Virus record (IMG/VR): IMGVR_UViG_3300036770_006786
Coordinates: 1-60,367 of that record
Strand: one strand, 5' to 3'
Length of the DNA: 60,367 nt
Source: a virus
Taxonomy: Duplodnaviria; Caudoviricetes
Below, piece by piece: positions 1 through 9,958 of this stretch (the stretch's first letter is position 1; every line of letters starts with the position of its first letter). The notes below the pieces were generated by a model. It did not search any database and was not told the DNA's origin. It saw nothing but the letters and a program-made list of their open reading frames with translations. Both the position numbers and the translations under genes were made by a program.

Positions 1-22
1 TATAATATTTTGAGGAACTAAA

Positions 23-337
23 ATGCCAATCGCACTAGGAAACGTAACAACATCGGCAGCCAACGTATATGTCAGCAATGGCAACACTGCCGTGACGTTC
101 CTGAGTCTTACAAACTACTCAGCAAGCAACGTCACTGCTAACTTATACGTAGTACCGTCAGGTGATACAGCCAGCAATCTCAATGTTACGTTGAGTGAGC
201 TCGATATCACTACCAAAGATACCTATCAGTTCTATGCTGCCAGCGAAAAACTCCTGCTCGGCAACGGTGATGCCATAGTGGTAGATGCATCCGCAGACAA
301 TGCTGTGAATGCTGTTGTAAGTTATACTTCAATCTAA
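23..337 (+). CDS. Small putative virion structural protein
   Basis: 104-aa ORF with SD GAGGA upstream; beta-rich N/T/V composition; first gene of the fibre cluster. Confidence 0.6.
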   Translation: MPIALGNVTTSAANVYVSNGNTAVTFLSLTNYSASNVTANLYVVPSGDTASNLNVTLSELDITTKDTYQFYAASEKLLLGNGDAIVVDASADNAVNAVVSYTSI

Positions 338-339
338 CA

Positions 340-759
340 ATGGGTTATTTTGTCAAAAATCGCAAGTTCGTCAGCGGTAGTACCAGCATGGTAGTACCTG
401 CGGGGGATTCGGCGGATCGTCCAGCCGCACCGGTTTTTGGCAGTTTTCGTTATAACACAGAACTAGGCACATTGGAATTTTTCAATGGTACAGTGTTCAA
501 ACCTGTAGGCATAGCCGGCGAAGTAGACATCGTAGTAGATTCCTTTACTGGTGATGGTTCTACCCTGACATTTACTATGAGCGTAGAAGCCACAGATGCC
601 GAACAAGTTATCGTATTTGTGGGATCAATCTATCAGCAACCCACTACAACCTATTCTATCACTGGTATAAGCAACATAGACATCACATTTACTTCCGCAC
701 CACCAGTGGGCGAACCCATCAACATCATACACAATCTTGGTTCTACCATAGCCAGCTAG
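340..759 (+). CDS. Putative virion structural protein (fibre/baseplate-associated)
   Basis: Motifs VPAGDSADRP..FRYNTELGTLEFFNG and DSFTGDGSTLTFT recur in the two following fibre proteins. Confidence 0.6.
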   Translation: MGYFVKNRKFVSGSTSMVVPAGDSADRPAAPVFGSFRYNTELGTLEFFNGTVFKPVGIAGEVDIVVDSFTGDGSTLTFTMSVEATDAEQVIVFVGSIYQQPTTTYSITGISNIDITFTSAPPVGEPINIIHNLGSTIAS

Positions 760-763
760 ACCC

Positions 764-771
764 TATAAATA
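764..771 (+). promoter_or_regulatory. T4-type late promoter TATAAATA
   Basis: Exact T4 gp55 late consensus in the intergenic gap before the fibre gene at 791. Confidence 0.7.
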
Positions 772-790
772 CTCTACTAAAGGGTGATCG

Positions 791-2800
791 ATGGCAATAG
801 CACGAGTTTCCGGCAACATCCTGCAGGACAATCTGCAGAGAGGGGCCAATCTAAGCATACAAGGCAATCTGGCTTACTTTGACGTGACCAACGATCGCGT
901 GGGTATCAACACATCGGATACTACACATGATCTCACAGTCAACGGAAATCTCTTAGCTGGCAATATCACCATTGACATTGATACTGTAAGCGGCGCAGGA
1001 GACATCACGATCTCTCCCACAGGAAACATTCTAGTTTCCAATGTAAACATCAATGATCTAGCAGATCCAGTACAGGCGCAAGATGCAGCCACAAAAAATT
1101 ATGTGGATACTGCACTGAGCTCAATCTTTACCTTTGAAGACGATGCCCTCAACACCACAACAGTGGCCGATGGCGATACTGTGCAGATGTTGGGCACAGC
1201 CAATGAAGTGGATGTGGTAGTTGGCAACCTATCAGTGACATTTGGATTGCCAGATGACGTCACCATTGGCAATACCATTACCGTGGTTGGCAATGTAGAT
1301 GCCGCCAACATAACATCTTCTGGAAATATCACAGCCATCGGAAATATTGAAGGTGGTAATATCATATCTGATGGTGCTGTTATTGGTAATGTTGAAATTT
1401 CAGGTAATCTTACTGTGAATAATCTCACAGTGGTTGAATTATTGCAAGGCAACAATGTCAGTATCAGCAACACTATCAGTGCCACCGGAAATATCACTGG
1501 TGGTAATCTCATATCAAATTCTGCAATAGAAGGCCTGACTGCTACGATCACAGGGAATACCAGTGTTGGTAATCTTGTGATTGATTCTACTGTAGCCAAT
1601 GCAGTGCTCTATACAGATGCCGATAAAAATATTTCCACCAGTTCAAATTTAGAGTTTGATGGTAATGTATTGGTCCTAACTGGTACAGCAAATATTTCTG
1701 CCAATGTCAATGCTGGTAACATCAATACCAGTGGTAATATCACTGCTACGGGTAATATCCAAGGCGGCAACATTATTTCTGATGGCGCAGTGATTGGCAA
1801 TGTTGAAATTTCTGGAAATCTTGTAGTAAACAATCTCACTGTGGTCGAATTGTTTGAAGGAAACAACGTCAGTGTCAGCAATACTATCAGTGCTACGGGA
1901 AACATCACAGGCGGCAACGTCATCAGCAATGCGCTGACTTCAACTGCTAATCTAGAGATCACTAGCACAGATCCCGACAGCTTACTGTTTACAGATGCAA
2001 CAGGGTTGGTAATCACTGATGCCAATCTCACATTTGATGGGTCTGATTTAGTATTGATTGGGTCAGCTAACATCGACAATGTTCGCATAGATGGAACAGA
2101 TATATCAAGCGATGCTAATCTTGGCATCTCCACAGCCAACGACGGTAATCTAGTTTTCACGATTGACGGGGATGGAATTACCAGTTTTGTGAGCACTACG
2201 AGCCTTACGATACCGGTGGGTAATACAGCACAGCGTCCTTCTAGCCCTGAAACTGGTGCCATGCGTTTCAACACAGCTATCACGCAGGTAGAAGTATGGG
2301 ATGGAGCACAGTGGGAAGTAGTGGGCAGCGACTTTGTTTCAATAACCAATCAAACCATCAACGGAGATGGATCCACAGCTACTTTCACCCTTGATGAAAG
2401 CACCACAGCGGCAGCTATCATCGTGGCCACAAACGGTGTGGTCCAACAGCCTGGAGTAGCCTATACTGTGACAGGCAATTCCATAACATTTGCTGAAGCA
2501 CCTCAGATTTCTGATACTATAGATGTGCGATTTACTGCGGCAGTGACTTATGTAAATTCCATCACGAACCTGTCAGGCAATGCAGAAATCACGGTGACTG
2601 ATCCTGGAGTGGCCAACATCGCTACTTGCGATAGCCTGCAACTGCCCAGTTATACCGTAGCATCAGCAGCCAATATCACCACACCTGCAGCCGGCCAGAT
2701 CATCTATGTCTCTAACGGAGATTCAGGAAATCCTTGTCTAGCGGTCTACAGCGGCGGGGCTTGGAAGCGTGTGAGCCTAGGCGCAAATATATCCGCATAG
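791..2800 (+). CDS. Tail fibre-like structural protein with GNITGGN repeats
   Basis: 669 aa, G/N/T/I-rich repeats, DAATKNYVD fibre motif, internal duplication. Confidence 0.7.
   Translation: MAIARVSGNILQDNLQRGANLSIQGNLAYFDVTNDRVGINTSDTTHDLTVNGNLLAGNITIDIDTVSGAGDITISPTGNILVSNVNINDLADPVQAQDAATKNYVDTALSSIFTFEDDALNTTTVADGDTVQMLGTANEVDVVVGNLSVTFGLPDDVTIGNTITVVGNVDAANITSSGNITAIGNIEGGNIISDGAVIGNVEISGNLTVNNLTVVELLQGNNVSISNTISATGNITGGNLISNSAIEGLTATITGNTSVGNLVIDSTVANAVLYTDADKNISTSSNLEFDGNVLVLTGTANISANVNAGNINTSGNITATGNIQGGNIISDGAVIGNVEISGNLVVNNLTVVELFEGNNVSVSNTISATGNITGGNVISNALTSTANLEITSTDPDSLLFTDATGLVITDANLTFDGSDLVLIGSANIDNVRIDGTDISSDANLGISTANDGNLVFTIDGDGITSFVSTTSLTIPVGNTAQRPSSPETGAMRFNTAITQVEVWDGAQWEVVGSDFVSITNQTINGDGSTATFTLDESTTAAAIIVATNGVVQQPGVAYTVTGNSITFAEAPQISDTIDVRFTAAVTYVNSITNLSGNAEITVTDPGVANIATCDSLQLPSYTVASAANITTPAAGQIIYVSNGDSGNPCLAVYSGGAWKRVSLGANISA
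1060..1275 (+). repeat. ~215-bp direct repeat, copy 1 (copy 2 at ~3421-3636)
   Basis: Both copies encode near-identical ADPV.AQD.ATKNYVD..LSSIFT.EDDA.NTTTVADGDTVQMLGTANEVDVVVGNLSVTFGLPDDVTIGNT. Confidence 0.85.
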
Positions 2801-2854
2801 AAACAAAAATTAGCCCCACTGGTAAATATAATCATAAGCGGAGACCAGTGAAAA

Positions 2855-5800
2855 ATGGCCATTACCAGAATCAAGAATAACCAGATTACCGATGCGTCAG
2901 CCGGTAATATCTACGTAGGTGTAAACGCAGCCTCTAAACTGCAGGACTACTCTATCACGTCAGCTAAGATCGCGAATGATCTTACCTACAACTCCAGCCT
3001 TACTATCACGGGCAACCTTACAGTACAAGGTAATACCACTCAGATTGATACCACGAACCTGGTTGTTGAAGATCCAATCTTCATCCTGGCATCGGAGCAA
3101 ACTGGCACACCCGCACTAGACATTGGTTTCATTGGTGAACGTGGAGACGAAGACAACATAACTTTTATCTGGGACGAATCAGCAGATACTTTTGTCACTG
3201 CATTTACCACAGATCTAGTCACAAACACTACAGTCACTATCTCCAGCTTCGCAGACTTCAAAGCCAACAACATCGTAGCTAATGGTACCTTCCAGGCCAA
3301 CGGTACTTCCACCCTAATTGGTAATACCACGATGGGCAATCTTGAAGTTGAAGCCAACAAAGTTATTATCGTAGGTGCCGGTTCTACCACAGATTTCAAT
3401 CTTATCAATCTGTCAAACGTAGCAGATCCTGTTGGCGCACAAGACGTCGCCACAAAAAATTATGTTGACTCATCACTGAGCTCGATCTTTACACTAGAAG
3501 ATGACGCTACAAACACCACAACAGTGGCCGATGGCGATACAGTACAGATGCTGGGAACAGCCAACGAAGTTGATGTTGTTGTTGGCAACCTGTCAGTGAC
3601 ATTTGGCCTGCCCGATGATGTCACGATTGGCAACACACTGACAGTAACAGACGAAGTCAACGCCACAGGTAATATCTCCGGTGCTAATTTGGCTATCGTT
3701 GATGCTATCACAGCTGGCACTACTATTGTTGCCACAGGCAATATCACAGGTGGAAACATTGACACTGGTGGTCAGATTATCGCAACAGGCAATATCACAG
3801 GTGCAAATCTTGATATTGGTAATGGAATCACAGCCGGAACTACAATCGTAGCAGTTGGCAATATTGATGGCGATAACCTCAATGCCTCTAACGCTATTAC
3901 TGCAGGAACAACAATTGATGCTGTAGGCAATATTACCGGTGGAAATATCATAACCACAGGTGTAGTACAGACCGGTACACTAGAAACCACAGGCAATGCC
4001 TTGATTGGTGGCAACCTTGTAGTACAAGGCAACATCACATACATCAACATTGACGACTTGCGTGTTGAAGATCCTATCATCATACTTGGTACAGGACCCA
4101 ACGGAGCGCCTCTCACAGTAAACGACGGTAAAGATCGTGGTGTATTCATGGAATACTATACCACTGGTCTTGGCAACGCATTTATGGGTTGGGACAACTC
4201 AACCGGCAATATGGTCATTGCCAATGATGCTTATTTCACAGGCAATGACGTAGTTGGTATCAACGCTTACGGTACACTGGAAGTTGGCAACGTCTACGGC
4301 GAATCTGCTGTGTTTGTTGGCAATGTTGATTGCGGCAATCTAAACAGTGCAGGTGCCGTGATTGGCAACGTAGAAATCACAGGCAATTTGGAACTCGGTA
4401 ATCTTTCAGTCACAGGAGTGATTGATGCTACTGGAAACATCACTGGTGGAAATCTAGTTACCAGCAATCTAGTCAGCGGCGCTAATGTACAAGCTACATC
4501 GCTTACTGCTAATCGTGTAGTATATGTAGGTGCCGATAGTTATCTAGTAGATTCTGCTAACTTTACATTTGATGGTACAAATGCTAATCTGCAAGGCCAG
4601 ATGATCATTGATAATTTCACGATCGATGGTACCAGTATCACATCCGATGCAAACCTCACAATCACATCGAGTTCCGACGGTAATGTAGATATCACACCAA
4701 ACGGTACTGGTGTAGTCAATATTGACAACATTACTATAGCTGACAACACTATTGGCTCGAGCACTGGTAACATCGTGGTTGATCCTTCGGCCAACATCGT
4801 ACTGCCAGATGAAACAGCCAGCGCAGTATTATATTTGACAGCAGACAAAGAAGTACAAACAGATGCTAATCTTACCTATAATGGCACCAATGTACAACTA
4901 CTCAACGGCAATATTGGTGTAGGCGACGCTGTAGCCAATGTATTTGTTACCAACGAAGGTATCCAGGGCACAGGAACATTGGTGATCAACCAAGATTCCA
5001 GCGATGTAGACTTTGCCGTCAACGGTGATACTAATGCCAACATCTTCTACATCGATGCTGGCACAGAGACGGCTAGCTTTGGTAATGCCACGCAGACCAC
5101 AGGTGCTATCGTAGCGTTCAATACCAATAGTTCAATCTTGGTACCTGTGGGTAATTCGGCCACACGTCCTTCAGGTGTCACAGGTATGGTTCGATTCAAT
5201 ACCACACTAGACAGCCTGGAATTCTATGACGCAGACTCGTGGGTATCAGCTGGTACGGTGTTTACAGTTATTGACAGTGAAGTGTTCAACGGAGATGGAT
5301 CCACAGTGGCATTCACACTGGGTTCTGATCAGACCACAGACTCGTGTATCGTTTCAATCAACGGTGTGGTACAGATTCCTGTTGTAGCTTATGCTGTTTC
5401 TGGCAACGTGATGACATTCACAGAAGCTCCGCTGAGCCAAGACGTGATCGAGGTACGTGAGATTACCACTACAGTCACAGTCAAAGCCATCTCTAACTCT
5501 ACAGGTAATGCTATTATTGAAGTTGAAGATACCAGTTCAAATGTTTATATCACTGGTAATGTCACACCCACATCTAATGTGGCATTCAATCTTGGTAGTG
5601 ACACTAATAGATTCAATGAATTGTTCCTGGCAGGTGGATCAATCACTCTAGGCAACATCATCCTCAAGAACGAAACTGGCAACACTTTGGCGTTCTACGG
5701 TCCAGATGGTACAACACCAGGTACGCTGAGTTCCAACAACGTGGATACCACAACTATTGCCAATGGAACATCTAATGTCAGTTGCGCAACCAGTAATGGT

Positions 5801-6319
5801 AATGTCAACGTCAACGTGGGCGGCGCCGGTATAGTAAACTTCAATGCAAACGGTATTGACAATCTACTGTCCAACGGCGTTGGTAATATTGGTACATCTT
5901 CTAGCTACTTCAATACCATATTTGCCAAAGCCACATCAGCACAGTACGCTGACTTGGCAGAGATGTACGAAGCAGATGCTGCCTACGAACCTGGCACAGT
6001 ACTGTGCTTTGGTGGCGCTAAAGAAGTCACATTGTGTAGCCAAGCAGATTGCACCCGTGTAGCAGGCGTGGTATCTACCAACCCCAGCTACTTGATGAAC
6101 TCAGGCCAGACCGGCGACAACGTGGTAGCAGTAGCTCTGCAAGGTCGTGTGCCCTGTCGAGTGACCGGAACTGTCCGCAAAGGAGACCTCATAGTGTCAA
6201 CAGGCGACGGTCGTGGCCGTGCTAACAACGATGCCCGAGTTGGTACTGTGATTGGTAAAGCTCTCGCAGACTTTGACGGTGCAGACGGGGTGATAGAGGT
6301 CGTTGTAGGACGGGTCTAA
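2855..6319 (+). CDS. Long tail fibre protein with C-terminal intramolecular chaperone/autocleavage (Peptidase_G2-like) domain
   Basis: 1154 aa, GNITG repeats; C-terminus AQYADLAEMY..GVVSTNP..VALQGRVPCRV.G.V.KGD..GTVIGKAL; TAAATA at 2823-2828. Confidence 0.75.
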   Translation: MAITRIKNNQITDASAGNIYVGVNAASKLQDYSITSAKIANDLTYNSSLTITGNLTVQGNTTQIDTTNLVVEDPIFILASEQTGTPALDIGFIGERGDEDNITFIWDESADTFVTAFTTDLVTNTTVTISSFADFKANNIVANGTFQANGTSTLIGNTTMGNLEVEANKVIIVGAGSTTDFNLINLSNVADPVGAQDVATKNYVDSSLSSIFTLEDDATNTTTVADGDTVQMLGTANEVDVVVGNLSVTFGLPDDVTIGNTLTVTDEVNATGNISGANLAIVDAITAGTTIVATGNITGGNIDTGGQIIATGNITGANLDIGNGITAGTTIVAVGNIDGDNLNASNAITAGTTIDAVGNITGGNIITTGVVQTGTLETTGNALIGGNLVVQGNITYINIDDLRVEDPIIILGTGPNGAPLTVNDGKDRGVFMEYYTTGLGNAFMGWDNSTGNMVIANDAYFTGNDVVGINAYGTLEVGNVYGESAVFVGNVDCGNLNSAGAVIGNVEITGNLELGNLSVTGVIDATGNITGGNLVTSNLVSGANVQATSLTANRVVYVGADSYLVDSANFTFDGTNANLQGQMIIDNFTIDGTSITSDANLTITSSSDGNVDITPNGTGVVNIDNITIADNTIGSSTGNIVVDPSANIVLPDETASAVLYLTADKEVQTDANLTYNGTNVQLLNGNIGVGDAVANVFVTNEGIQGTGTLVINQDSSDVDFAVNGDTNANIFYIDAGTETASFGNATQTTGAIVAFNTNSSILVPVGNSATRPSGVTGMVRFNTTLDSLEFYDADSWVSAGTVFTVIDSEVFNGDGSTVAFTLGSDQTTDSCIVSINGVVQIPVVAYAVSGNVMTFTEAPLSQDVIEVREITTTVTVKAISNSTGNAIIEVEDTSSNVYITGNVTPTSNVAFNLGSDTNRFNELFLAGGSITLGNIILKNETGNTLAFYGPDGTTPGTLSSNNVDTTTIANGTSNVSCATSNGNVNVNVGGAGIVNFNANGIDNLLSNGVGNIGTSSSYFNTIFAKATSAQYADLAEMYEADAAYEPGTVLCFGGAKEVTLCSQADCTRVAGVVSTNPSYLMNSGQTGDNVVAVALQGRVPCRVTGTVRKGDLIVSTGDGRGRANNDARVGTVIGKALADFDGADGVIEVVVGRV
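3421..3636 (+). repeat. ~215-bp direct repeat, copy 2
   Basis: Matches 1060-1275 with mostly synonymous differences. Confidence 0.85.
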
Positions 6320-6336
6320 TCCTGTACAGCTCGCAG

Positions 6337-6367
6337 AAAATAGGGCCCTGATTGGCCCTATTTTTTT
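6337..6367 (+). terminator. Rho-independent terminator
   Basis: AAAATAGGGCC-ctgatt-GGCCCTATTTT plus T run; followed by ATAAATA at 6370-6376. Confidence 0.85.
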
Positions 6368-6397
6368 CCATAAATATGCATAACTTCTGGAAAATAA

Positions 6398-9250
6398 ATG
6401 GGACTTACTAGACCTCGTGCTTATCAGATCTTTGACTTAGATTACAAACAATCTGTCAGAGTAATAACAACCACCGACGTCACGATCACGGGTGGCGCAC
6501 CTAGCTCTGTTGATGGAGTATCTCTGTCTGCCGGCGATCGAATACTAGTGGCAGGACAGAGCACAGGATCTCAAAACGGTCTCTACCAAGTCAGTGTGTT
6601 AGGCACTGGCAGCAATGGTACTTGGATTAGATCAGTAGACGGTAACGAAACCGGCGAAATAGATGCTGGCATGATCGTGATGGTCACTGAGGGTGAGGTG
6701 TACAAAGACACACAGTGGAAACTCACGACCAACGACCCCATAGTAATCGGCACCACTGCTTTAGTATTTGAACAGAATTCAGCGTTTGCTTTTGGCAACA
6801 TCTATGCCAACGGTACCGCGGTGTTGGCAGACATAGTAGGTGACACAGTCACGTTCACTCCTGCCAACAATCTCATCATAACTGGTAACGCTACATCCGA
6901 TACTATCACGTTTGAAGTAAGTCAGAGCCCTAGCTTCACCGGAACTCTTGACGTCACCGGCAACATCACAGGCGGCAATGTCAGTACCGCAGGAACCATC
7001 ACCGGTACCGGCAACATCACAGGTGGCAATATTGATACAGCAGGCCAGGCCAATGTAGGCACGCTTACAGTCAATGGCGGATCGACATTTACTGGTAATC
7101 TATTGCCATCGGCTAACGTCACATACAATCTTGGTAGTCCTACACAACGATGGAATGAGATATTCCTAGCAGCCAACACCATTGATATCGGTGGTGCCAC
7201 GATCTCTGCCGATCTCGTCACAGGCAGTCTCATACTCACAGGACCAGATGGCGCTGAATTTATCCTGTCGGGTAGCGATGCTGACAACGCATTGGGTGCG
7301 TTTGGTTTTGTCAGTGCCGGAAACACAGAACCTGCAACCAGCACCACAACAGGTGCGATCACTTCGGCAGGCGGCCTGGGAGTGGCCGGCAATATCTATG
7401 CCGGTGGATTGTTAGAAGTCACTGGTAACATTACAGGCGGTAATCTCATTACCACTGGAACAATCACAGGCAATCTCGCGGGTACTGCCAACGTCGCTAA
7501 CTATGTCTACGTCACAGAATCGCCTGACGATAATGTCACTTACAACATACCCTATCTCAGTCCTTCGGGCACAGCCAATGCACCTAGGTCCGTGTATTCT
7601 GACGCCACTGGTATCACATTCAATCCCAGCACCAACACATTGACAGTGAGTATAGGTGCCATCACCACGATCAGTGCCAGCACTATCACAGTAGGCACGC
7701 TCAATGCCACTGTCGCCATAGACTTAGCAGACGATGACATCCTGAGATTCGGTACCAGTGATGACTGGGAGATGTATCACACCGCCGGCGGTGACAACCG
7801 GATGGATCTCAATACTGGCAATCTGGTTATCCGTGATGATGGCACTGTAGGCGATCCTACCAGATTCACATTTGTTCGTACCACCGGCGCCTTTACTGCC
7901 ACTGGCAATGTCACTGGTGGAAATCTTACCACGGCTGGCCGCGTGGATGCCACGGGCAATGTCACGGGCGGAAATCTTACCACGGCTGGCCAAGTCACGG
8001 CCACAGGCAACATCACCGGTGGCAACGTCATAGCCACCACGGCCGTGGATCTCGCCGACAGCGTGGATCTACGGTTTGGATCCAGCGACGACGTAGAGTT
8101 CTATTTTAGTGGGCTGTTCAACTTTTTTGTCACACAATTAGCAAACACCGTGAAATCATGGGATATCTACGGCAATAATGGTAGCAATCTGATTGCCAGT
8201 TTCTCGCAATCAGGAAATCTCCAAGCCACTGGCAATATCACAGGTGGTAATTTGCTCACGGCTGGTGCTGTAGAATCTTCTACTCTGACCACTTCTGGCA
8301 ATGCCATAATTGGTGGTGATCTCACAGTGAATGGCAATACTGTCTACGTCAACATCACTGACCTCAATGTGCAAGATCCTATCATTGGTCTAGGCCGTGG
8401 GGAGAACAATGCACCTCTCACGTCGGATGATGGCAAAGATCGTGGCGAACAACTGTGGTATTACACTGACGCAGAAAAATCCGCGTTTATTGGTTATGAC
8501 AACTCTGCTGACAAACTCATAGCTGCCCTAGATGTCACGCTGTCAAACGAGATAGTCACAGTCAACTCTTACGGTAACTTTGTTGTTGGTGGATTAGAAG
8601 CAGCCACCGGTTCATTCACTGGCAATGTTGACACAGGCAATATTTCTGGCACCACAGGAACATTTACCAATGTAGCAGGCACACTTACAACTGCCGCACA
8701 ACCTAACATCACTTCAGTTGGCACCTTGTCATCACTCACAGTTACCGCTAATGTCACAGGTGGCAATCTAGACACAGCAGGTCAAATAGTTGCTACTGGC
8801 AACGTCAGCGGATCTACATTGATAGCCAGTGGCAATATTGTAGTTCAGTCAAGACAACAAGTCAAATTTTACGATACCGACAATAGCAATTTTATTTCTT
8901 TACGGGCACCAAACGCACTCACAGGTGATTATGTACTGACATTGCCTACTGGATACGGTAATGCTGATCAGGTACTAAGCACTAACGGTGCAGGTACACT
9001 GACTTGGGTAGATCAAAGTGGCGGGGGCGGTGGAAGTTCGGCCACAAGTTATCCTAATAGCACAGTTTCGCCGGTTCCAGGATCCACTGGCAATTTTGAT
9101 CTCAGTTATAACTTTGTGCAAACTTCACAAGAAGTTCCTTTTGAAACATCAGCCACAGACGCATTTGGTGTGAACCTAGGCGAAGTCTATAGCATGATGG
9201 ACCCAGGTGGCGAAGTGTTAGAGCCGGTAGATCTTGGTGTACTAACCTAA
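6398..9250 (+). CDS. Tail fibre protein
   Basis: 950 aa; N-terminal DYKQSVRV..VDGVSL..GDRILV..Q....QNGLY phage tail-fibre domain; many ATGNITGGN repeats. Confidence 0.75.
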   Translation: MGLTRPRAYQIFDLDYKQSVRVITTTDVTITGGAPSSVDGVSLSAGDRILVAGQSTGSQNGLYQVSVLGTGSNGTWIRSVDGNETGEIDAGMIVMVTEGEVYKDTQWKLTTNDPIVIGTTALVFEQNSAFAFGNIYANGTAVLADIVGDTVTFTPANNLIITGNATSDTITFEVSQSPSFTGTLDVTGNITGGNVSTAGTITGTGNITGGNIDTAGQANVGTLTVNGGSTFTGNLLPSANVTYNLGSPTQRWNEIFLAANTIDIGGATISADLVTGSLILTGPDGAEFILSGSDADNALGAFGFVSAGNTEPATSTTTGAITSAGGLGVAGNIYAGGLLEVTGNITGGNLITTGTITGNLAGTANVANYVYVTESPDDNVTYNIPYLSPSGTANAPRSVYSDATGITFNPSTNTLTVSIGAITTISASTITVGTLNATVAIDLADDDILRFGTSDDWEMYHTAGGDNRMDLNTGNLVIRDDGTVGDPTRFTFVRTTGAFTATGNVTGGNLTTAGRVDATGNVTGGNLTTAGQVTATGNITGGNVIATTAVDLADSVDLRFGSSDDVEFYFSGLFNFFVTQLANTVKSWDIYGNNGSNLIASFSQSGNLQATGNITGGNLLTAGAVESSTLTTSGNAIIGGDLTVNGNTVYVNITDLNVQDPIIGLGRGENNAPLTSDDGKDRGEQLWYYTDAEKSAFIGYDNSADKLIAALDVTLSNEIVTVNSYGNFVVGGLEAATGSFTGNVDTGNISGTTGTFTNVAGTLTTAAQPNITSVGTLSSLTVTANVTGGNLDTAGQIVATGNVSGSTLIASGNIVVQSRQQVKFYDTDNSNFISLRAPNALTGDYVLTLPTGYGNADQVLSTNGAGTLTWVDQSGGGGGSSATSYPNSTVSPVPGSTGNFDLSYNFVQTSQEVPFETSATDAFGVNLGEVYSMMDPGGEVLEPVDLGVLT
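7898..8026 (+). repeat. 51-bp (17-aa) tandem coding repeat
   Basis: Units start at 7898, 7949 and 8000 and encode ATGNVTGGNLTTAG(R/Q)V. Confidence 0.8.
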
Positions 9251-9274
9251 TAAATATACCAACAGGAGAATTCG

Positions 9275-9958
9275 ATGCCAACCGTTTTACAGTTCCGTAG
9301 AGGAACCACAGCACAAAACAACTCGTTCACCGGATCGGCTGGCGAGCTTAGTATAGACACTGATCTTGACACGATCCGGGTGCATGATGGTTCTACTCCT
9401 GGCGGATTTGCTTTAGTAGGCGCTACTGCTGTGCAAACTATTACAAATAAATCTCTTGATGATTTAGCAATAGTAAATGGTATACGAAATGGTAATAGCA
9501 ACGGAGTAGGCAATATTGGCAATTCTTCAACGTATTTCAATACAGCTTTTGTCAAAGCTACTTCGGCACAATACGCCGACGTGGCAGAAAAGTACACAGC
9601 AGATCAAGACTATCCTTGCGGTACTGTGTTAGAAATTAGTGGCTCAGCTGAAGTGCAAGCTAGCCAAAATTTTGCTTCTTCAAAAATTTGCGGAATAGTA
9701 TCCACTAATCCAGCATTTATCATGAACAGTGGGTTGGAAGATCAACATACCGTGGTAGTTGCGCTGATCGGGCGTGTGCCGTGCCGTGTCAAAGGAACGA
9801 TCGCAAAAGGCGATCTGTTGTGTTCTAGTGATATTCCTGGTGTAGCAACCAGACTGCCTGTAGAAAAATACGTTCCGGGCGTGGTAGTAGGCAAAGCTCT
9901 CCAAGATTACGATAGCGATCAAGAGGGAGTAATTGAAGTTCTAGTCGGACGACTATGA
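9275..9958 (+). CDS. Short fibre/adaptor protein: Mtd_N-like N-terminus plus Peptidase_G2-like chaperone domain
   Basis: LQFRRGTTAQ..FTG..GEL.IDTD..TIRVHDG.T.GG; C-terminal KATSAQYADVAEKY domain paralogous to the 2855 gene; TAAATA at 9251 and SD AGGAG. Confidence 0.7.
   Translation: MPTVLQFRRGTTAQNNSFTGSAGELSIDTDLDTIRVHDGSTPGGFALVGATAVQTITNKSLDDLAIVNGIRNGNSNGVGNIGNSSTYFNTAFVKATSAQYADVAEKYTADQDYPCGTVLEISGSAEVQASQNFASSKICGIVSTNPAFIMNSGLEDQHTVVVALIGRVPCRVKGTIAKGDLLCSSDIPGVATRLPVEKYVPGVVVGKALQDYDSDQEGVIEVLVGRL

Noticed and set aside
7898-8026. Possible CRISPR-like array
   Set aside because: In-frame 51-bp coding repeats without unique spacers; no cas genes
874-8775. Many minus-strand ORFs (MLPPVILP...) over the fibre genes
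   Set aside because: Antisense shadows of the repetitive GNITGG codons; no RBS or independent motifs
9275-9958. Diversity-generating retroelement suggested by the Mtd_N-like domain
   Set aside because: No reverse transcriptase in the window and no TR/VR pair with adenine-specific mismatches; the 1060/3421 repeat differs mainly at synonymous sites
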